Shown: positions 53,062-63,529, counted from the stretch's first letter. The stretch is 64,000 nucleotides of DNA from an uncultured delta proteobacterium (GCA_963728565.1 CAVSLC010000009.1:71111-135110), one strand, 5' to 3'. The notes: generated from the sequence alone by a model not told the origin. Made by a program: numbers and translations.

Positions 53062-53190
53062 GCAGGCTGCTGAAAAGCCTCATTATGCTTCGATTGGCTC
53101 AATCGTCTCGTCTTCAACGTACTGGAGAGTACGCCTTCGCTCGTCGATTTCCCACCCGCATGGGATCTGAGATCCTTCTGAGGAGCCTGC
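53062..53190. repeat. About 130-bp palindromic REP/MITE-like element
   Basis: Terminal IR gcaggctgctgaaaa / ttctgaggagcctgc and central hairpin cgtact-ggag-agtacg; related copy at 57017-57136. Confidence 0.6.
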
Positions 53191-53494
53191 GTCTTTGTGT
53201 CAAGACCCTTCTGATGGTAACAGAGGTAACCTGTGAGCTTGAATCGAGTCGGTGGTCCGGCTGTGTCATCGAGCTTTATCTACGAAGCTGAAATCGAATA
53301 CCTGATTGGCCGAGATAGGGCTATTTAGCTCAAGGCTTTTCCTGGTGAAATCGAGTACGCCATCGATCCACGCGGCGGCGGAACCGGCATGCGCGGATGT
53401 CTGTGCCATTCGTAAATTCTTTCTACGGCTGTTGTCATTGCGAAAATTTCCCGATCTGGCCTTTAACTCTAGAACAGTTGAACCCCGAACAGTT

Positions 53495-54616
53495 CTATTC
53501 GCAGACAGATCTGGCCAAGCGCTGCAATTTTTGTTTGTTTACTTCGATACCGAGACCGGCGGTCATGGGCGGACTAGCCTTGCCGCGAGTCACCGGGATC
53601 GGACTGAAGATATCTTGCTCGCCAAGACGCATGAAGCCGGTCATTTCGCCGCCGGATTGCGCGTTTTTCAATGAGCTGTGAAGCTGCATTTCAGCGGCGG
53701 AAAGAATTGTCGTGCACGCGCTTCCCTGGCCGACCACCACCGAAAGGCCCTTGGCTCCGACGACCGCAGCCACTTCGAGCGCTTTTTGAAATCCGCCGAT
53801 ATGTGTCAGTTTGATCTTTAAGAGATCGGCGGCTCGCTCTTCCAACATCCTTAGTGCATCTTCGGCGCAGGTCACGCTTTCTTGAGCCGCGATCGGAATG
53901 CCAACAGCGCGACGCAGTTCCGCCAGGTTACTCAAGTCGCCGCGCGCCAATGGCTGCTCGGCATCGGCGATGCGAAATTGCCTCAGTTCATTCAACACAG
54001 ATCGGGCGTCAACGAAGGAATACGACCCGTTGCCATCGACTCGAATGGAGGCTACATCACCGACTGCCTGGCGAACGGCGCGAACCCGTTCAATGTCATT
54101 GCGACGATTTTGCTGGCCGATTTTTATTTTGAAGGCGACAAATCCCACTCGTTTAAGTTCAGCCGCGCGCACACCGATGGCCTGGGGTCCAAGATCCATT
54201 CCTAATCCACCGACTAGATCTATCTCGCGACGATAGGGCCCGCCGAAAAAGCGACAGAGCGGCAGCCGATAGAATTTACCCAATGCGTCATACAGAGCCA
54301 TCTCGATGGCGGCCTTTGTGATCGGGTGACCCTGGCGAACACCATGAAGTTTCAGCAGGACAGCTCCGGTGTCTTCCAAATCCATCTTGATCAGCGCGGG
54401 GGCAAAATACTTTCGCGCCATGATCTCCATCGTTTCCAACGTCTCATAAGTATTGCCGGGGCGCCCCTGCGTGGCTTCGCCCCAACCTTCGATGCCATTT
54501 TCGGTCTCAACCCGAACGATCAGCGAGCGGCAGTCCTCGAGGAACCCGGCGGCTCCGCCGTAAATCTCCTGGATCGGCAACACCAAAGGATAGGTGTCGA
54601 TGGCAACGATCTTCAT
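53495..54616 (-). CDS. Enolase superfamily, muconate cycloisomerase/epimerase-like enzyme
   Basis: G.EGWGE, AAIEMALYD..GK, FKIKIG, RVDGN, EQP, KIK..HIGG. Confidence 0.88.
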   Translation of the reverse strand: MKIVAIDTYPLVLPIQEIYGGAAGFLEDCRSLIVRVETENGIEGWGEATQGRPGNTYETLETMEIMARKYFAPALIKMDLEDTGAVLLKLHGVRQGHPITKAAIEMALYDALGKFYRLPLCRFFGGPYRREIDLVGGLGMDLGPQAIGVRAAELKRVGFVAFKIKIGQQNRRNDIERVRAVRQAVGDVASIRVDGNGSYSFVDARSVLNELRQFRIADAEQPLARGDLSNLAELRRAVGIPIAAQESVTCAEDALRMLEERAADLLKIKLTHIGGFQKALEVAAVVGAKGLSVVVGQGSACTTILSAAEMQLHSSLKNAQSGGEMTGFMRLGEQDIFSPIPVTRGKASPPMTAGLGIEVNKQKLQRLARSVCE

Positions 54617-55980
54617 GGTTTTTGTCGCAGGAGGTCACCCATGCGCGAGACGTCATCGAGCTTTTCTAAATGTTCGACAGCCTCTACCAGGCCATCCAGC
54701 TGCCGCTCCGACAAGAGCCTGTGGGTTAGCTTTCTTGCTTTGTCTTCCACTTCCGAATGACTCAGAGGGTTACGGGGTGTCCCTTTGAAGTGAATAACCA
54801 GACTCGAGTGACGCTGCTTGTTTGCAAGGCCAATGGTGACTCGCGCGGCGCGGTCCCATCCTCTTTGTTCGATCTCCGAGTCGGTTTCAAGACGAATCTT
54901 GCGCATCATGGCAAGTATTTTTTTGTCCGTGAGCTTGCTCTCATCAAAGGACTCAGGGTCTGTGGGCTCGAAATACAGACTCAGGGCGACGCAGAAAGGA
55001 ATGCTGTACTGCGCCATCATCAAGTCTTTTGGCTGATAGTTGGCGTGATGGGTCACCAACTTTTCGATTCCGCCAACGACGATTTCCTGAATGTCGCCCG
55101 GTGCAAAACCAATTTTCCCGCGCAGTTTTTGCAACGCTTCGATGGGCGCGTGAGCATTGATGTGGCAGGCGCAACGCTTGATGCAGATGTTGAGGCTTTC
55201 GAACTTTGTGCCCAATCGATGGGTAAGATAGGGCAGATCAGGGGAATCAGAAAATGTCTGGCAAAATCCAAACTTTCCTTCGAGGACGCTTTCGGGGCCG
55301 GCGAATCCTCCCCTCGCTAGAAGGGCGGCGGTGACGCCTCCTTCCGCTGCTTTTCCCAGGTGGAGCCGTTTGACCATGGCGCCCTCGCGGCAGCGGGAAA
55401 ATTCGATCAGCCCACCGGAATACGAGCCGGCGATGCCCAGAGCGTTGACCATCTGTGATTGGTTAAGCCCAAGTAGCCGCCCCGCCGCCACCGCGCCGCC
55501 GAACGTGCCGGTCAATCCGGGAGCATGAAAACCTCTTCTCTCGAGAGAGTTGCCTGCGGCAACGCCAATTCGAGAGACGACCTCGCATGCCGCTACAAAA
55601 GCGCTCAGCAACGCTTTGCCGTTGGTCTTTTTCTCTTCCGCCATGGCAAAGGCAGGAAGAAAAGCCGTTGCCCCGGGATGGACGCCCGAGCCGGGCTGGC
55701 GCACATTGTCGAGCTCAAAAGCATGGGCCATGACGCCGTTGGCGAGTGTTGCCTGCGCCGCTTGTGCTTTCCAGTTCCCTCCGAATACGGTAGAGCGACC
55801 GCGAGCGCCAGTCTCTCGAACCAATTTGCTCACTGTCTGGCTCCATGGCTTGGTCGATCCGTAAACCGAAACCGCGACTGTATCTAAGATACAAGCTTTG
55901 ACCCGATCGATGACCTCGGCGGGAATCTCTCGGTAATCCAGCTCGACGGCAAAGCGCGCTAGGCGCTGGGTGGCGTTCAT
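54613..55980 (-). CDS. MmgE/PrpD family protein
   Basis: ANG..AHAFELD, HPG, GFH, KRLH.G, K...C..NAH, KG.P.NP; overlaps the next start. Confidence 0.92.
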   Translation of the reverse strand: MNATQRLARFAVELDYREIPAEVIDRVKACILDTVAVSVYGSTKPWSQTVSKLVRETGARGRSTVFGGNWKAQAAQATLANGVMAHAFELDNVRQPGSGVHPGATAFLPAFAMAEEKKTNGKALLSAFVAACEVVSRIGVAAGNSLERRGFHAPGLTGTFGGAVAAGRLLGLNQSQMVNALGIAGSYSGGLIEFSRCREGAMVKRLHLGKAAEGGVTAALLARGGFAGPESVLEGKFGFCQTFSDSPDLPYLTHRLGTKFESLNICIKRCACHINAHAPIEALQKLRGKIGFAPGDIQEIVVGGIEKLVTHHANYQPKDLMMAQYSIPFCVALSLYFEPTDPESFDESKLTDKKILAMMRKIRLETDSEIEQRGWDRAARVTIGLANKQRHSSLVIHFKGTPRNPLSHSEVEDKARKLTHRLLSERQLDGLVEAVEHLEKLDDVSRMGDLLRQKP

Positions 55981-55988
55981 AAGAAATA

Positions 55989-56969
55989 TTACCGCACGAC
56001 CTTGGCGCCGGCCTCTTTGAGCACGTCGCGCATCTGGACGGTCAGATCATCGAAAAATTTGCTTAATGACGGTCCTTTGAGGTAGCCGTCTTCGAACTGA
56101 TTTTGCTCCACATACTGCTTCCAAGTCGCAGTCTTTACAAAGCGATCGAACACTCCTTCCCAGTATCGAACGACCTCGCGCGGCGCAGCCGGCGGAGCCA
56201 ACAACCCACGGGCTTGGGGAATGAGCGGAACATCGATGCCTTGCTCTTTGATGGTCGGAACGTCCGGCAGAGAGGCCAGGCGATTTTCCGTTACGGCAGC
56301 GATGACCCGCAAATTCCCCGCGCGTATCTGCTCGCCCGCCTCTTGCGGTTCGATCACCATCATCTGCACGTGACCGCCGAGCAGATTCGAGAGTCTCTCG
56401 CCGCCGCTGGGAAAAGAAATGAAGGTCCACTGCGTTCCGGTTGCTTTTTGGATCAGTAAACGGACGAGATTGTCGCGCGACGTGACCGAACCGCCGGACT
56501 GACGAAGCTGGTTCGGGCTCTTCTTCGCCGCTTCGACGAAGTCCTTCATGTTTTTGTAAGGAGAGTCGGCTTTGACGACAATGACTGCGGGTTCCAGAAC
56601 CAATCGGGCGATTGGCGTCAGATCCTTTAGGGTGACGTTCGCCTCAGCCGTGGTCAACGGATTGGTGATCCAGACGCCGGTAAAAAAACCGATAGTGTGG
56701 GTCTCACCCTTTTTCTCGGCGAGATAGGACATCGCCACGGCGCTACCGCCGCCGGATTTGTTGACCACCTGCAGGCGCTGGGAGACGAGTTTTTCCTTCT
56801 GCAGGAGGTCGGCAATGGCGCGAGCAAAAAGATCCGATCCCCCGCCCGGGCCCGTATGGACGACCACCTCGATTGATTTGTTGGGCTTGAATTCCTGGCT
56901 CCAGGCAAGATTGGAGAATATGGCAATTGCGGTCACAATGAGAGGCACCATCATCGTCTTATATTTCAT
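55989..56969 (-). CDS. tctC: TTT substrate-binding protein TctC
   Basis: GPGGGSDLFAR, NKSGGG, LLGGHV, PDVPT.KEQG. Confidence 0.92.
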   Translation of the reverse strand: MKYKTMMVPLIVTAIAIFSNLAWSQEFKPNKSIEVVVHTGPGGGSDLFARAIADLLQKEKLVSQRLQVVNKSGGGSAVAMSYLAEKKGETHTIGFFTGVWITNPLTTAEANVTLKDLTPIARLVLEPAVIVVKADSPYKNMKDFVEAAKKSPNQLRQSGGSVTSRDNLVRLLIQKATGTQWTFISFPSGGERLSNLLGGHVQMMVIEPQEAGEQIRAGNLRVIAAVTENRLASLPDVPTIKEQGIDVPLIPQARGLLAPPAAPREVVRYWEGVFDRFVKTATWKQYVEQNQFEDGYLKGPSLSKFFDDLTVQMRDVLKEAGAKVVR

Positions 56970-57016
56970 CTCTTACCCTCCTAAGTCTCGAGAAGCGGTT
57001 TTATAAAAGCCGACTT

Positions 57017-57136
57017 GCAGGCCGCTCAACAAGCCCTCAAATGCAAGGCGCGCGAATTTCAAAGTATGAAAGCGGAAATCGGAAAGCAGTCAGTTTTCAG
57101 CTTTCATAATTCATCTGTTAAGGCGCATTAGCCTGC
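57017..57136. repeat. Degenerate second copy of the GCAGGCTGC-ended palindromic element
   Basis: gcaggccgctcaacaag ... attagcctgc with internal hairpin tatgaaagcggaaa / tttcagctttcata. Confidence 0.5.
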
Positions 57137-57152
57137 TGCGGACCTATCACCT

Positions 57153-58664
57153 TCAGCGTTCTTGCTCAACGGCCTGAATCCTCCAATAGCGAACTTTGCG
57201 GATCGCAGGTAAGCACAAGAGCCCCACTGCAATGAGCAGTAAGGTTCCGGAGATCGGTCGATTGACCAGGATCGCGATATCTCCCTGTGACATCATCAAA
57301 GATTGGCGCAGTGCTCTTTCGAGCGCATCACCCAAGACCATTCCCAAGATCAGCGCCGCGGCGGGGAAATCAAGCTTGCGCATGAGATATCCAAGCAGCC
57401 CGAACAGACCCATCATCCAAACATCAAAAACACTGCTATTGACGCTGTAAACGCCGACCACGGAGATCCCCAAAATGAGCGGATAAAGAATAAAATAGGG
57501 GAGACGCAAGATCTGAGCGAAAACTGGCACCAAAGGAATATTGAGGATCAGAAGCAAGACATTGCCGATGTACATGCTCGCGACCAATCCCCAAAAAAGT
57601 TCCGGGTGCTCCTGGATGAGGAGCGGTCCGGGCTTGTACCCCCAAAGAATGAGGCCACCCAAGAGAATGGCTGTGGTATTGCCTCCGGGTATTCCCAGGG
57701 TCAGCAGAGGAACCAGTGCGCCACTGGCGTCGGCATTGTTCGCCCCCTCGGGCGCCGCTACTCCTTCGATTACGCCGGTGCCGAATTTTTCCGGATGCCG
57801 CGAGAACGCTTTTTCAATGCCGTAAGACAAAAACGATGCAACCGTGGCGCCGGCACCCGGGAGAGCGCCGACAAAGAAACCGACGAGGGAACCGTTCAAA
57901 AAAGCAAAGCGGCAGTCCTTGAGGTCTTGCAATGTCGGCAAAAGGTTTCTCAACCCCTTTGAAATTTTGAAGAGCTCAGCGCCGCCGCGGGACTCGAGAT
58001 TGACCAGGACTTCGCCGATAGCGAAGATTCCCACTGTCGCGGCGATGAAATCGACGCCGCCAAGTAGTTTCACCTGGCCGAAAGTAAATCTCGATTCAGC
58101 GGTAAAAAGATCGGTGCCGATGGTTGCGACCCACAGACCCACCAGCATTGCCAGGATGGCCTTGATCATCGATTTTCCCGCTAAGAAAACTACCATCGCA
58201 AGGCCCAAAACCATCAAGCCGAAATATTCCGGCGGAGCAAAGCGCAATGCAACACGGGCCAACGGCGGTGCAATTAGCATCAATCCCAATATGCCTAGGG
58301 TGCCGGCGACAAATGACGCAACCGCAGAAATCCCTAACGCTGCTCCTGCCCTGCCTTGTCGCGCCAACTGATAGCCATCCAGACAGGTGACCACCGACGA
58401 TGATTCTCCCGGAATGTTGAGAAGGATGGAAGTTGTCGAGCCGCCGTAGCGCGCGCCGTAGAAGATCCCCGCCAGTGCGATGATTGCCGTGGTGTGATCC
58501 ATCTTGAGCGTCAGCGGAAGCAGCATCGCGATGGTCGCTGCCGGCCCCAGGCCCGGTAACACGCCCACTACCGTACCTAGAATCACCCCGACCAAACACC
58601 AGAAGAGATTGATCGGCGTCAGGGCTACGGAAAAGCCGAGCAGGAGATTTTCCAAAGCACCCAT
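57153..58664 (-). CDS. tctA: TTT permease TctA
   Basis: GVLPGLGP, YGGSTTSILLNIPG, APEGANNA, PLLTLGIPG. Confidence 0.95.
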   Translation of the reverse strand: MGALENLLLGFSVALTPINLFWCLVGVILGTVVGVLPGLGPAATIAMLLPLTLKMDHTTAIIALAGIFYGARYGGSTTSILLNIPGESSSVVTCLDGYQLARQGRAGAALGISAVASFVAGTLGILGLMLIAPPLARVALRFAPPEYFGLMVLGLAMVVFLAGKSMIKAILAMLVGLWVATIGTDLFTAESRFTFGQVKLLGGVDFIAATVGIFAIGEVLVNLESRGGAELFKISKGLRNLLPTLQDLKDCRFAFLNGSLVGFFVGALPGAGATVASFLSYGIEKAFSRHPEKFGTGVIEGVAAPEGANNADASGALVPLLTLGIPGGNTTAILLGGLILWGYKPGPLLIQEHPELFWGLVASMYIGNVLLLILNIPLVPVFAQILRLPYFILYPLILGISVVGVYSVNSSVFDVWMMGLFGLLGYLMRKLDFPAAALILGMVLGDALERALRQSLMMSQGDIAILVNRPISGTLLLIAVGLLCLPAIRKVRYWRIQAVEQER

Positions 58665-58685
58665 ACTTTAGTGCCGGCTTCCGGG

Positions 58686-59147
58686 TCAAAATCCCCAGCG
58701 ACCGACTGGTAAAGAAACGTCGAGTGCCATGACAAAGAGGAAATGGAATCCCACGGCGAGACCGATGGCGACGCCGGCTGAGAGCAGAAGAGGGCGGCGG
58801 TCTAAAGCGGCGATGAGAAACACGGTAAGAAAAACGAAACTGGCGCTAAAACCGATCCAACCGAGAAGAGCGATGGCCGCCATCAAACCGAACCAGCCGG
58901 CCAAAGCCCTGCCGCTGGCTTGCCAGGTTGAGGAGTCACTCTGGGATTCTTTTTTCAGAGCGGAAACGGACGAGACCATCAGATAACCGGCAAAAATCAT
59001 CAACCCGATACCAAGCCACAGCGGGAAAAAGCCGGGCCCCGGACCAACCTCAGAGACATAGGGCAGTCTGGATGCCATAGAGATCACATAGAGTCCAAAA
59101 GCCGCCAGACAGGCTCCAGAGATGAGATTTCCTTTATCGTTTTTCAC
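58686..59147 (-). CDS. tctB: TTT small subunit TctB
   Basis: GPGPGFFP motif, four TM helices, L.VSLP.G. Confidence 0.9.
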   Translation of the reverse strand: MKNDKGNLISGACLAAFGLYVISMASRLPYVSEVGPGPGFFPLWLGIGLMIFAGYLMVSSVSALKKESQSDSSTWQASGRALAGWFGLMAAIALLGWIGFSASFVFLTVFLIAALDRRPLLLSAGVAIGLAVGFHFLFVMALDVSLPVGRWGF

Positions 59148-59394
59148 AGAACGGTTTGGCTGTGCAAAGACATTGGGCTTTTCCCTGAGGAGTTGGCATC
59201 TGAGCTGAGGTAATTAGCAGCCGCAGAATATAAGTTGCAAACTACTCGAGGAGATTTCAGAGGTAGGGCGTGGACCATGATCATACCCGGAAGACGTGAT
59301 CGTAAAACGTGCATAAGCACGACCACGTCACACGAACACAATTTCGTGCGAGTCGATTGAGCGCAGCGATGTCTCAAGACCTTTCAGTGGCCTA

Positions 59395-59787
59395 TTAGGA
59401 TTTTGCCGGTGCCTGTTTATATCTCGCCTTGGGCACGATCTCAGCGACTGTGCCACCAGGAGCGCGAAACTTGATGGGGATCACTCCTGGATCGCTGATC
59501 AATTCGCAGCCGAACTTCTCCAAGTCAGCAGCCGATTGCTTGATATCGTCGACCTCAATCGCAAAATGATGGATGCACGGTCCGAGCCCTGAAGCGCGTG
59601 CCTCGGCCGAGTCTTCGCTGTCATACTTGATCAGGGCGAGATCGATTGCACCGTCGGTTAAATGGCGTGACGTGTGATCTCTCACCTGGCCTGTCTCTAC
59701 TTCGACGAAGCCAAAACTCTTTGCGTAGAACTGTGTTGCCTTTTCCAGATCGTCGACTTTCAGCGCGATGTGAACGATTCGGGCCAT
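59395..59787 (-). CDS. VOC/glyoxalase family protein
   Basis: IVHIALKV.DL.KA..FY, HHFAIEVDD; AGGAGG RBS. Confidence 0.9.
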   Translation of the reverse strand: MARIVHIALKVDDLEKATQFYAKSFGFVEVETGQVRDHTSRHLTDGAIDLALIKYDSEDSAEARASGLGPCIHHFAIEVDDIKQSAADLEKFGCELISDPGVIPIKFRAPGGTVAEIVPKARYKQAPAKS

Positions 59788-59942
59788 GGTTCCTCCTGTG
59801 TGGTGGTCTGACCTCTAACACGGCAGGGAGAAGTGATTCAAGATTTCACCTAGCGACAATCATGCAGGCCTGCACGGCTCCGATTCATAGTAATCTGACG
59901 TTAAACTTTGAACTGTTGAAGGTTGAACGGTTTTACGACCAA

Positions 59943-60926
59943 TCACCGTCTAGCTTTCTCAGCAAACCTCCAGTCATGGACCCGTTGAGCCTGGGCTCCG
60001 CCTTTCTCCTTTTCCTTGGCTCTAAACGTGCCGACGGCAATCCACTCCTCTACCACGGAGTTCGGGACGCTGAGCTCGGGATTATACTGCTCGCGATATA
60101 GCGCATAAAATTTTTCTGCAGCGCCACGGTCTAATTTCAGGGTCTTCTCCATCAACCCGATGCCGATCTCGCGTTCGCTTTGGATAAACAAAGTTGCCGC
60201 CCTAAGCGCTCTCAACACCCGGACAATTTCATCCGGCTGTTTGTCGATTTTTCTTTGCGAGGTGCTGATGCCGGTAATCGGTACCTTAACGAGCTCGGCC
60301 ATCTCGTTGACCGAGACCAGCGTCTTGAATCCTTTCTGCTCGGCAAAGTACTCAAACGGGCTGCCGACAACCGTGGCATCGACGGCCCGGCTAATCAACG
60401 CGGCGAAGCGGGCGTCGGGAGTTCCGCTGATAGTCTGCAACGTCACGTCCTTGTCGGGATCCAGGCCGTTTCGGCTCAACGCCGTATAGATTGCAAAATC
60501 GGCCGAGCTACCGAATGAGTTGATCGCGATTCTTTTGCCTTTGAGCCCTTTCAGGCTACTAATCTCCGGGCTGGAGATAATCGCGTAGCCGCTCGACTTC
60601 GCCCCCGACGCAACTATCTTCACCGGAAGGCCGCGGACCGCGGCTCCGGCAATAAAAGGCAGGATCGTGACATAATCGATTTCATCGGCCATCAAAGCGC
60701 TGAGCATCAGGGTCGTTCCTCGCATGGTAATCAGCCTGATATCGAGCCCTTCCTTTTCGAAGAACTTTCGGTCGACCGCCACCTGGTAAGGGAGCGAGCT
60801 CCAGTTAGACCCACCGGTCCAACCGATATTGATCGGTTTGCCTTCTGCGCTTGCCGCATGGGTAGCAAATCCATACACCAGGAGAGATGACATAAGGAAT
60901 ACAATGACAAGAACTTTAAGTTGCAT
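59943..60926 (-). CDS. ABC-type substrate-binding protein (NMT1/SsuA-like)
   Basis: Signal peptide from ATG 60926, FFEKEGLD, LKGKRIAI, GLDPDKDV. Confidence 0.88.
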   Translation of the reverse strand: MQLKVLVIVFLMSSLLVYGFATHAASAEGKPINIGWTGGSNWSSLPYQVAVDRKFFEKEGLDIRLITMRGTTLMLSALMADEIDYVTILPFIAGAAVRGLPVKIVASGAKSSGYAIISSPEISSLKGLKGKRIAINSFGSSADFAIYTALSRNGLDPDKDVTLQTISGTPDARFAALISRAVDATVVGSPFEYFAEQKGFKTLVSVNEMAELVKVPITGISTSQRKIDKQPDEIVRVLRALRAATLFIQSEREIGIGLMEKTLKLDRGAAEKFYALYREQYNPELSVPNSVVEEWIAVGTFRAKEKEKGGAQAQRVHDWRFAEKARR

Positions 60927-61599
60927 GGGGTCGTCCTTCCAAGTGACTCGCAACAGCGAGCAGGGCTCAAGGTCAAATCGGTGATAGAACATTCCAACGG
61001 GTTAATCAGAGATTGATCAACGTCAGGACGAAGTCATGAGTCAAATCGCTCTTTGAAACCTTATAGAAGAGAAGCTATTTCCCAGTCAATGAACAACATC
61101 GGCATCTCTGCCGATCATTTCTGAGCCTTCCCAGAGGGGACCTAGCGCTTCTGTATGAAGGTTAAAACGGCTCTGCAGATCATATTGCCTTCTACGGCAT
61201 TCTCCGCGGTGGGATTGACAGCGCTGCTGCTGTCGCTGGGATGAAACAGAGTTGACGCGGTGGATAGACATCACCGATGGAAAAGAATTTGCATTATGGT
61301 TCCGACGTACCGGCGAGTTCGTTCAAGCCGTAAAGATCGGGTCTGCGAAACAGAATGACCAACGGGTTCAGACTACTAGCCTAATAGAGATAGAGCATAG
61401 CGGCACGCCAGGTGAGAAGCTAGGGGGCAATGTTTTACTGCGAGAATCGATGAAATCTGCGGTCAACGACCGCGCCGGTTCCGAATCGCCGAACTGCGAG
61501 GGCGCCCTATCACGAGCATACCAAGAACGACCGGCGCTAGCAGTTGCACCATTAATAAAGTGTTCCGCAACAGTTTGATCTAGGTCAAGGAGGTTTGAA

Positions 61600-62469
61600 A
61601 TGTCCAGTCCACAAGAGCAAGGGCCGCAGCCACCGTTTCCGGAGCAACGCCAACAGTGGCCGGGTGTCGAATCGGAGATGCAGCCCAAGCCGGATTTCGG
61701 TGAAAGTTCGTACCGGGGGCACGAACGGTTGAAAGGAAAAGCCGCGATCATCACCGGTGGCGACAGCGGAATCGGTCGAGCGGTGGCGCTTGCGTACGCG
61801 CGCGAGGGCGCCGATGTGCTCATCTCCTATTTCAGCGAGCACTCGGATGCGCAACAAACGATAGCCCTGGTCCGAGAGAGCGGCCGAGCAGGGATCGCTG
61901 TTGCAGGAGATATCAGTCACGAGGATCATTGCACGCGGATTGTCGAACGCGCCGTCAAAGAATTCGGAAAGATCGATATCCTGGTTAATAACGCAGCGTA
62001 CCAGCAGACGTATGAAAGCATTGAAAAGCTTCCTTCGAGTGAATGGCAATATACCTTCCGGACCAACATCGATGCCATGTATTATTTGTCAAAAGCGGCG
62101 CTGCCGAAGATGCGGGAGGGCGGAGCGATCATTAATACGGCGTCTATTCAAGCCTACAAGCCGAGCCCGCAGCTACTGGCCTATGCGACCACCAAGGGAG
62201 CGATCGTCACGTTCACCAAGGCACTTGCGCAGGAGGCGATCAAAAAAGGTATTCGCGTGAATGCGGTTGCGCCCGGGCCGGTTTGGACTCCGTTGATTCC
62301 GATGTCATTCGAGCCTGAGAAGGTGTCGGAATTCGGCAAAGACACGCCGGAAGGGAGGCCGGCCCAACCGAAAGAGATGGCGCCGATTTATGTTTTTCTA
62401 GCTTCCGAGGAATCGAGCTACGTCGTCGGCGAAGTTATCGGTGCGACTGGAGGAACGCCTCTACCTTAG
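61600..62469 (+). CDS. SDR oxidoreductase (YghA/YhdF general-stress type)
   Basis: QQWPG.E.EM.P.PD.GE.SY.G..RLKGK, TGGDSGIG, YATTK, PGPVWTPLIP; AAGGAGG RBS. Confidence 0.93.
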   Translation: MSSPQEQGPQPPFPEQRQQWPGVESEMQPKPDFGESSYRGHERLKGKAAIITGGDSGIGRAVALAYAREGADVLISYFSEHSDAQQTIALVRESGRAGIAVAGDISHEDHCTRIVERAVKEFGKIDILVNNAAYQQTYESIEKLPSSEWQYTFRTNIDAMYYLSKAALPKMREGGAIINTASIQAYKPSPQLLAYATTKGAIVTFTKALAQEAIKKGIRVNAVAPGPVWTPLIPMSFEPEKVSEFGKDTPEGRPAQPKEMAPIYVFLASEESSYVVGEVIGATGGTPLP

Positions 62470-62706
62470 TAGCATAGCTTTAGCAGATCAATATCATGGT
62501 CAATTGTCTCAGGAGCATCCAATATATCGCTCCCGTTAATTTTCCCAGGCAGATTGAAGTCACTTATCACTATATCGAACGGCATCGTTGCCGATAGGCT
62601 GAGCGCTGCCTCGCCGTTTTCTGCCTCGTGAAACGATAGGCCAAGTAAAATGCGCATGCTGCGGCGTGATACCGCGCCGTCTTCGCACCAAGAGGATAAC
62701 CGTCAT
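62466..62706 (-). pseudogene. Truncated response-regulator receiver domain
   Basis: MTVILLV/ED, EAENGEAAL, FDIVISDFNLPG..NG; frameshifted and lacking the C-terminal KP. Confidence 0.6.
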
Positions 62707-63018
62707 CAATGCGACTCCCGGCGACTGGAGCGGTCGCAATCTCTACGTTCTCAGGGAGCGCGCTTGGTTTCTCAAGGCTTCAGTGTCTGGTTAGCTGTGG
62801 CGGTGGCTTGAGGTAGCGAGCTGAAGTGACCAACACAGGTACTTTTACGATCGGTAAGTTGGCCGATCGCATTGGCAATATTCATTCACTTTTTGCCGGC
62901 CGCGTTGACGCCCTGTCAGTGGTCATTTCCGGTGCTCTTAGACGCCGCCGAGCAGCATTGTACTAGAGCGGTAGCGGATATTGAGCACGGACTCAGGTTG
63001 TCCGCGCCTTCCATCTGC

Positions 63019-63405
63019 TCAGTTGAATCGCAGTTGTTCAGAACTCGTTTCCAACATTTCTCCAATTTTGGTCTGGAGATCGACACAGCTAAACGGTTTG
63101 ACGATGTAGTCGCTACAGCCCGCTTCCAAGCAGGTTTTTAATTCATGAGGTCGAAACAGCGCAGTTGTTGCCAAAATCGGAATATTCTTCGTGTCAGGGT
63201 GAGTCCGCAGGGCTCTCGCCGCTTCCCAACCGTCCATTACCGGCATCCTCATGTCCATCAGGATTAACTGCGGCTTCTCTGCGATAGCTCTTTCCAGCCC
63301 TTCTTTGCCGTGGCGCGCGAGAACCGGAAGATAGAAGAGCCGCTCCACTATAAGACACACTAGCTCGCGCATATCCGGATTATCTTCGACGATCAAAATC
63401 TTCAT
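63019..63405 (-). CDS. Single-domain response regulator (DivK/CheY-like)
   Basis: KILIVEDN, LILMDMRMPVMDG, TA, YIVKP. Confidence 0.93.
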   Translation of the reverse strand: MKILIVEDNPDMRELVCLIVERLFYLPVLARHGKEGLERAIAEKPQLILMDMRMPVMDGWEAARALRTHPDTKNIPILATTALFRPHELKTCLEAGCSDYIVKPFSCVDLQTKIGEMLETSSEQLRFN

Positions 63406-63529
63406 TTTCTCACCGTTCGTTAGTTGTGACCGGCGTTATCTTCAACACGCCGAAATTGCGGCGAGTTAGATATCACAAATAATTTTACTTTCAAGTAAGA
63501 AGATCGCCGTCCCCAAGGTCCAACCGGCT

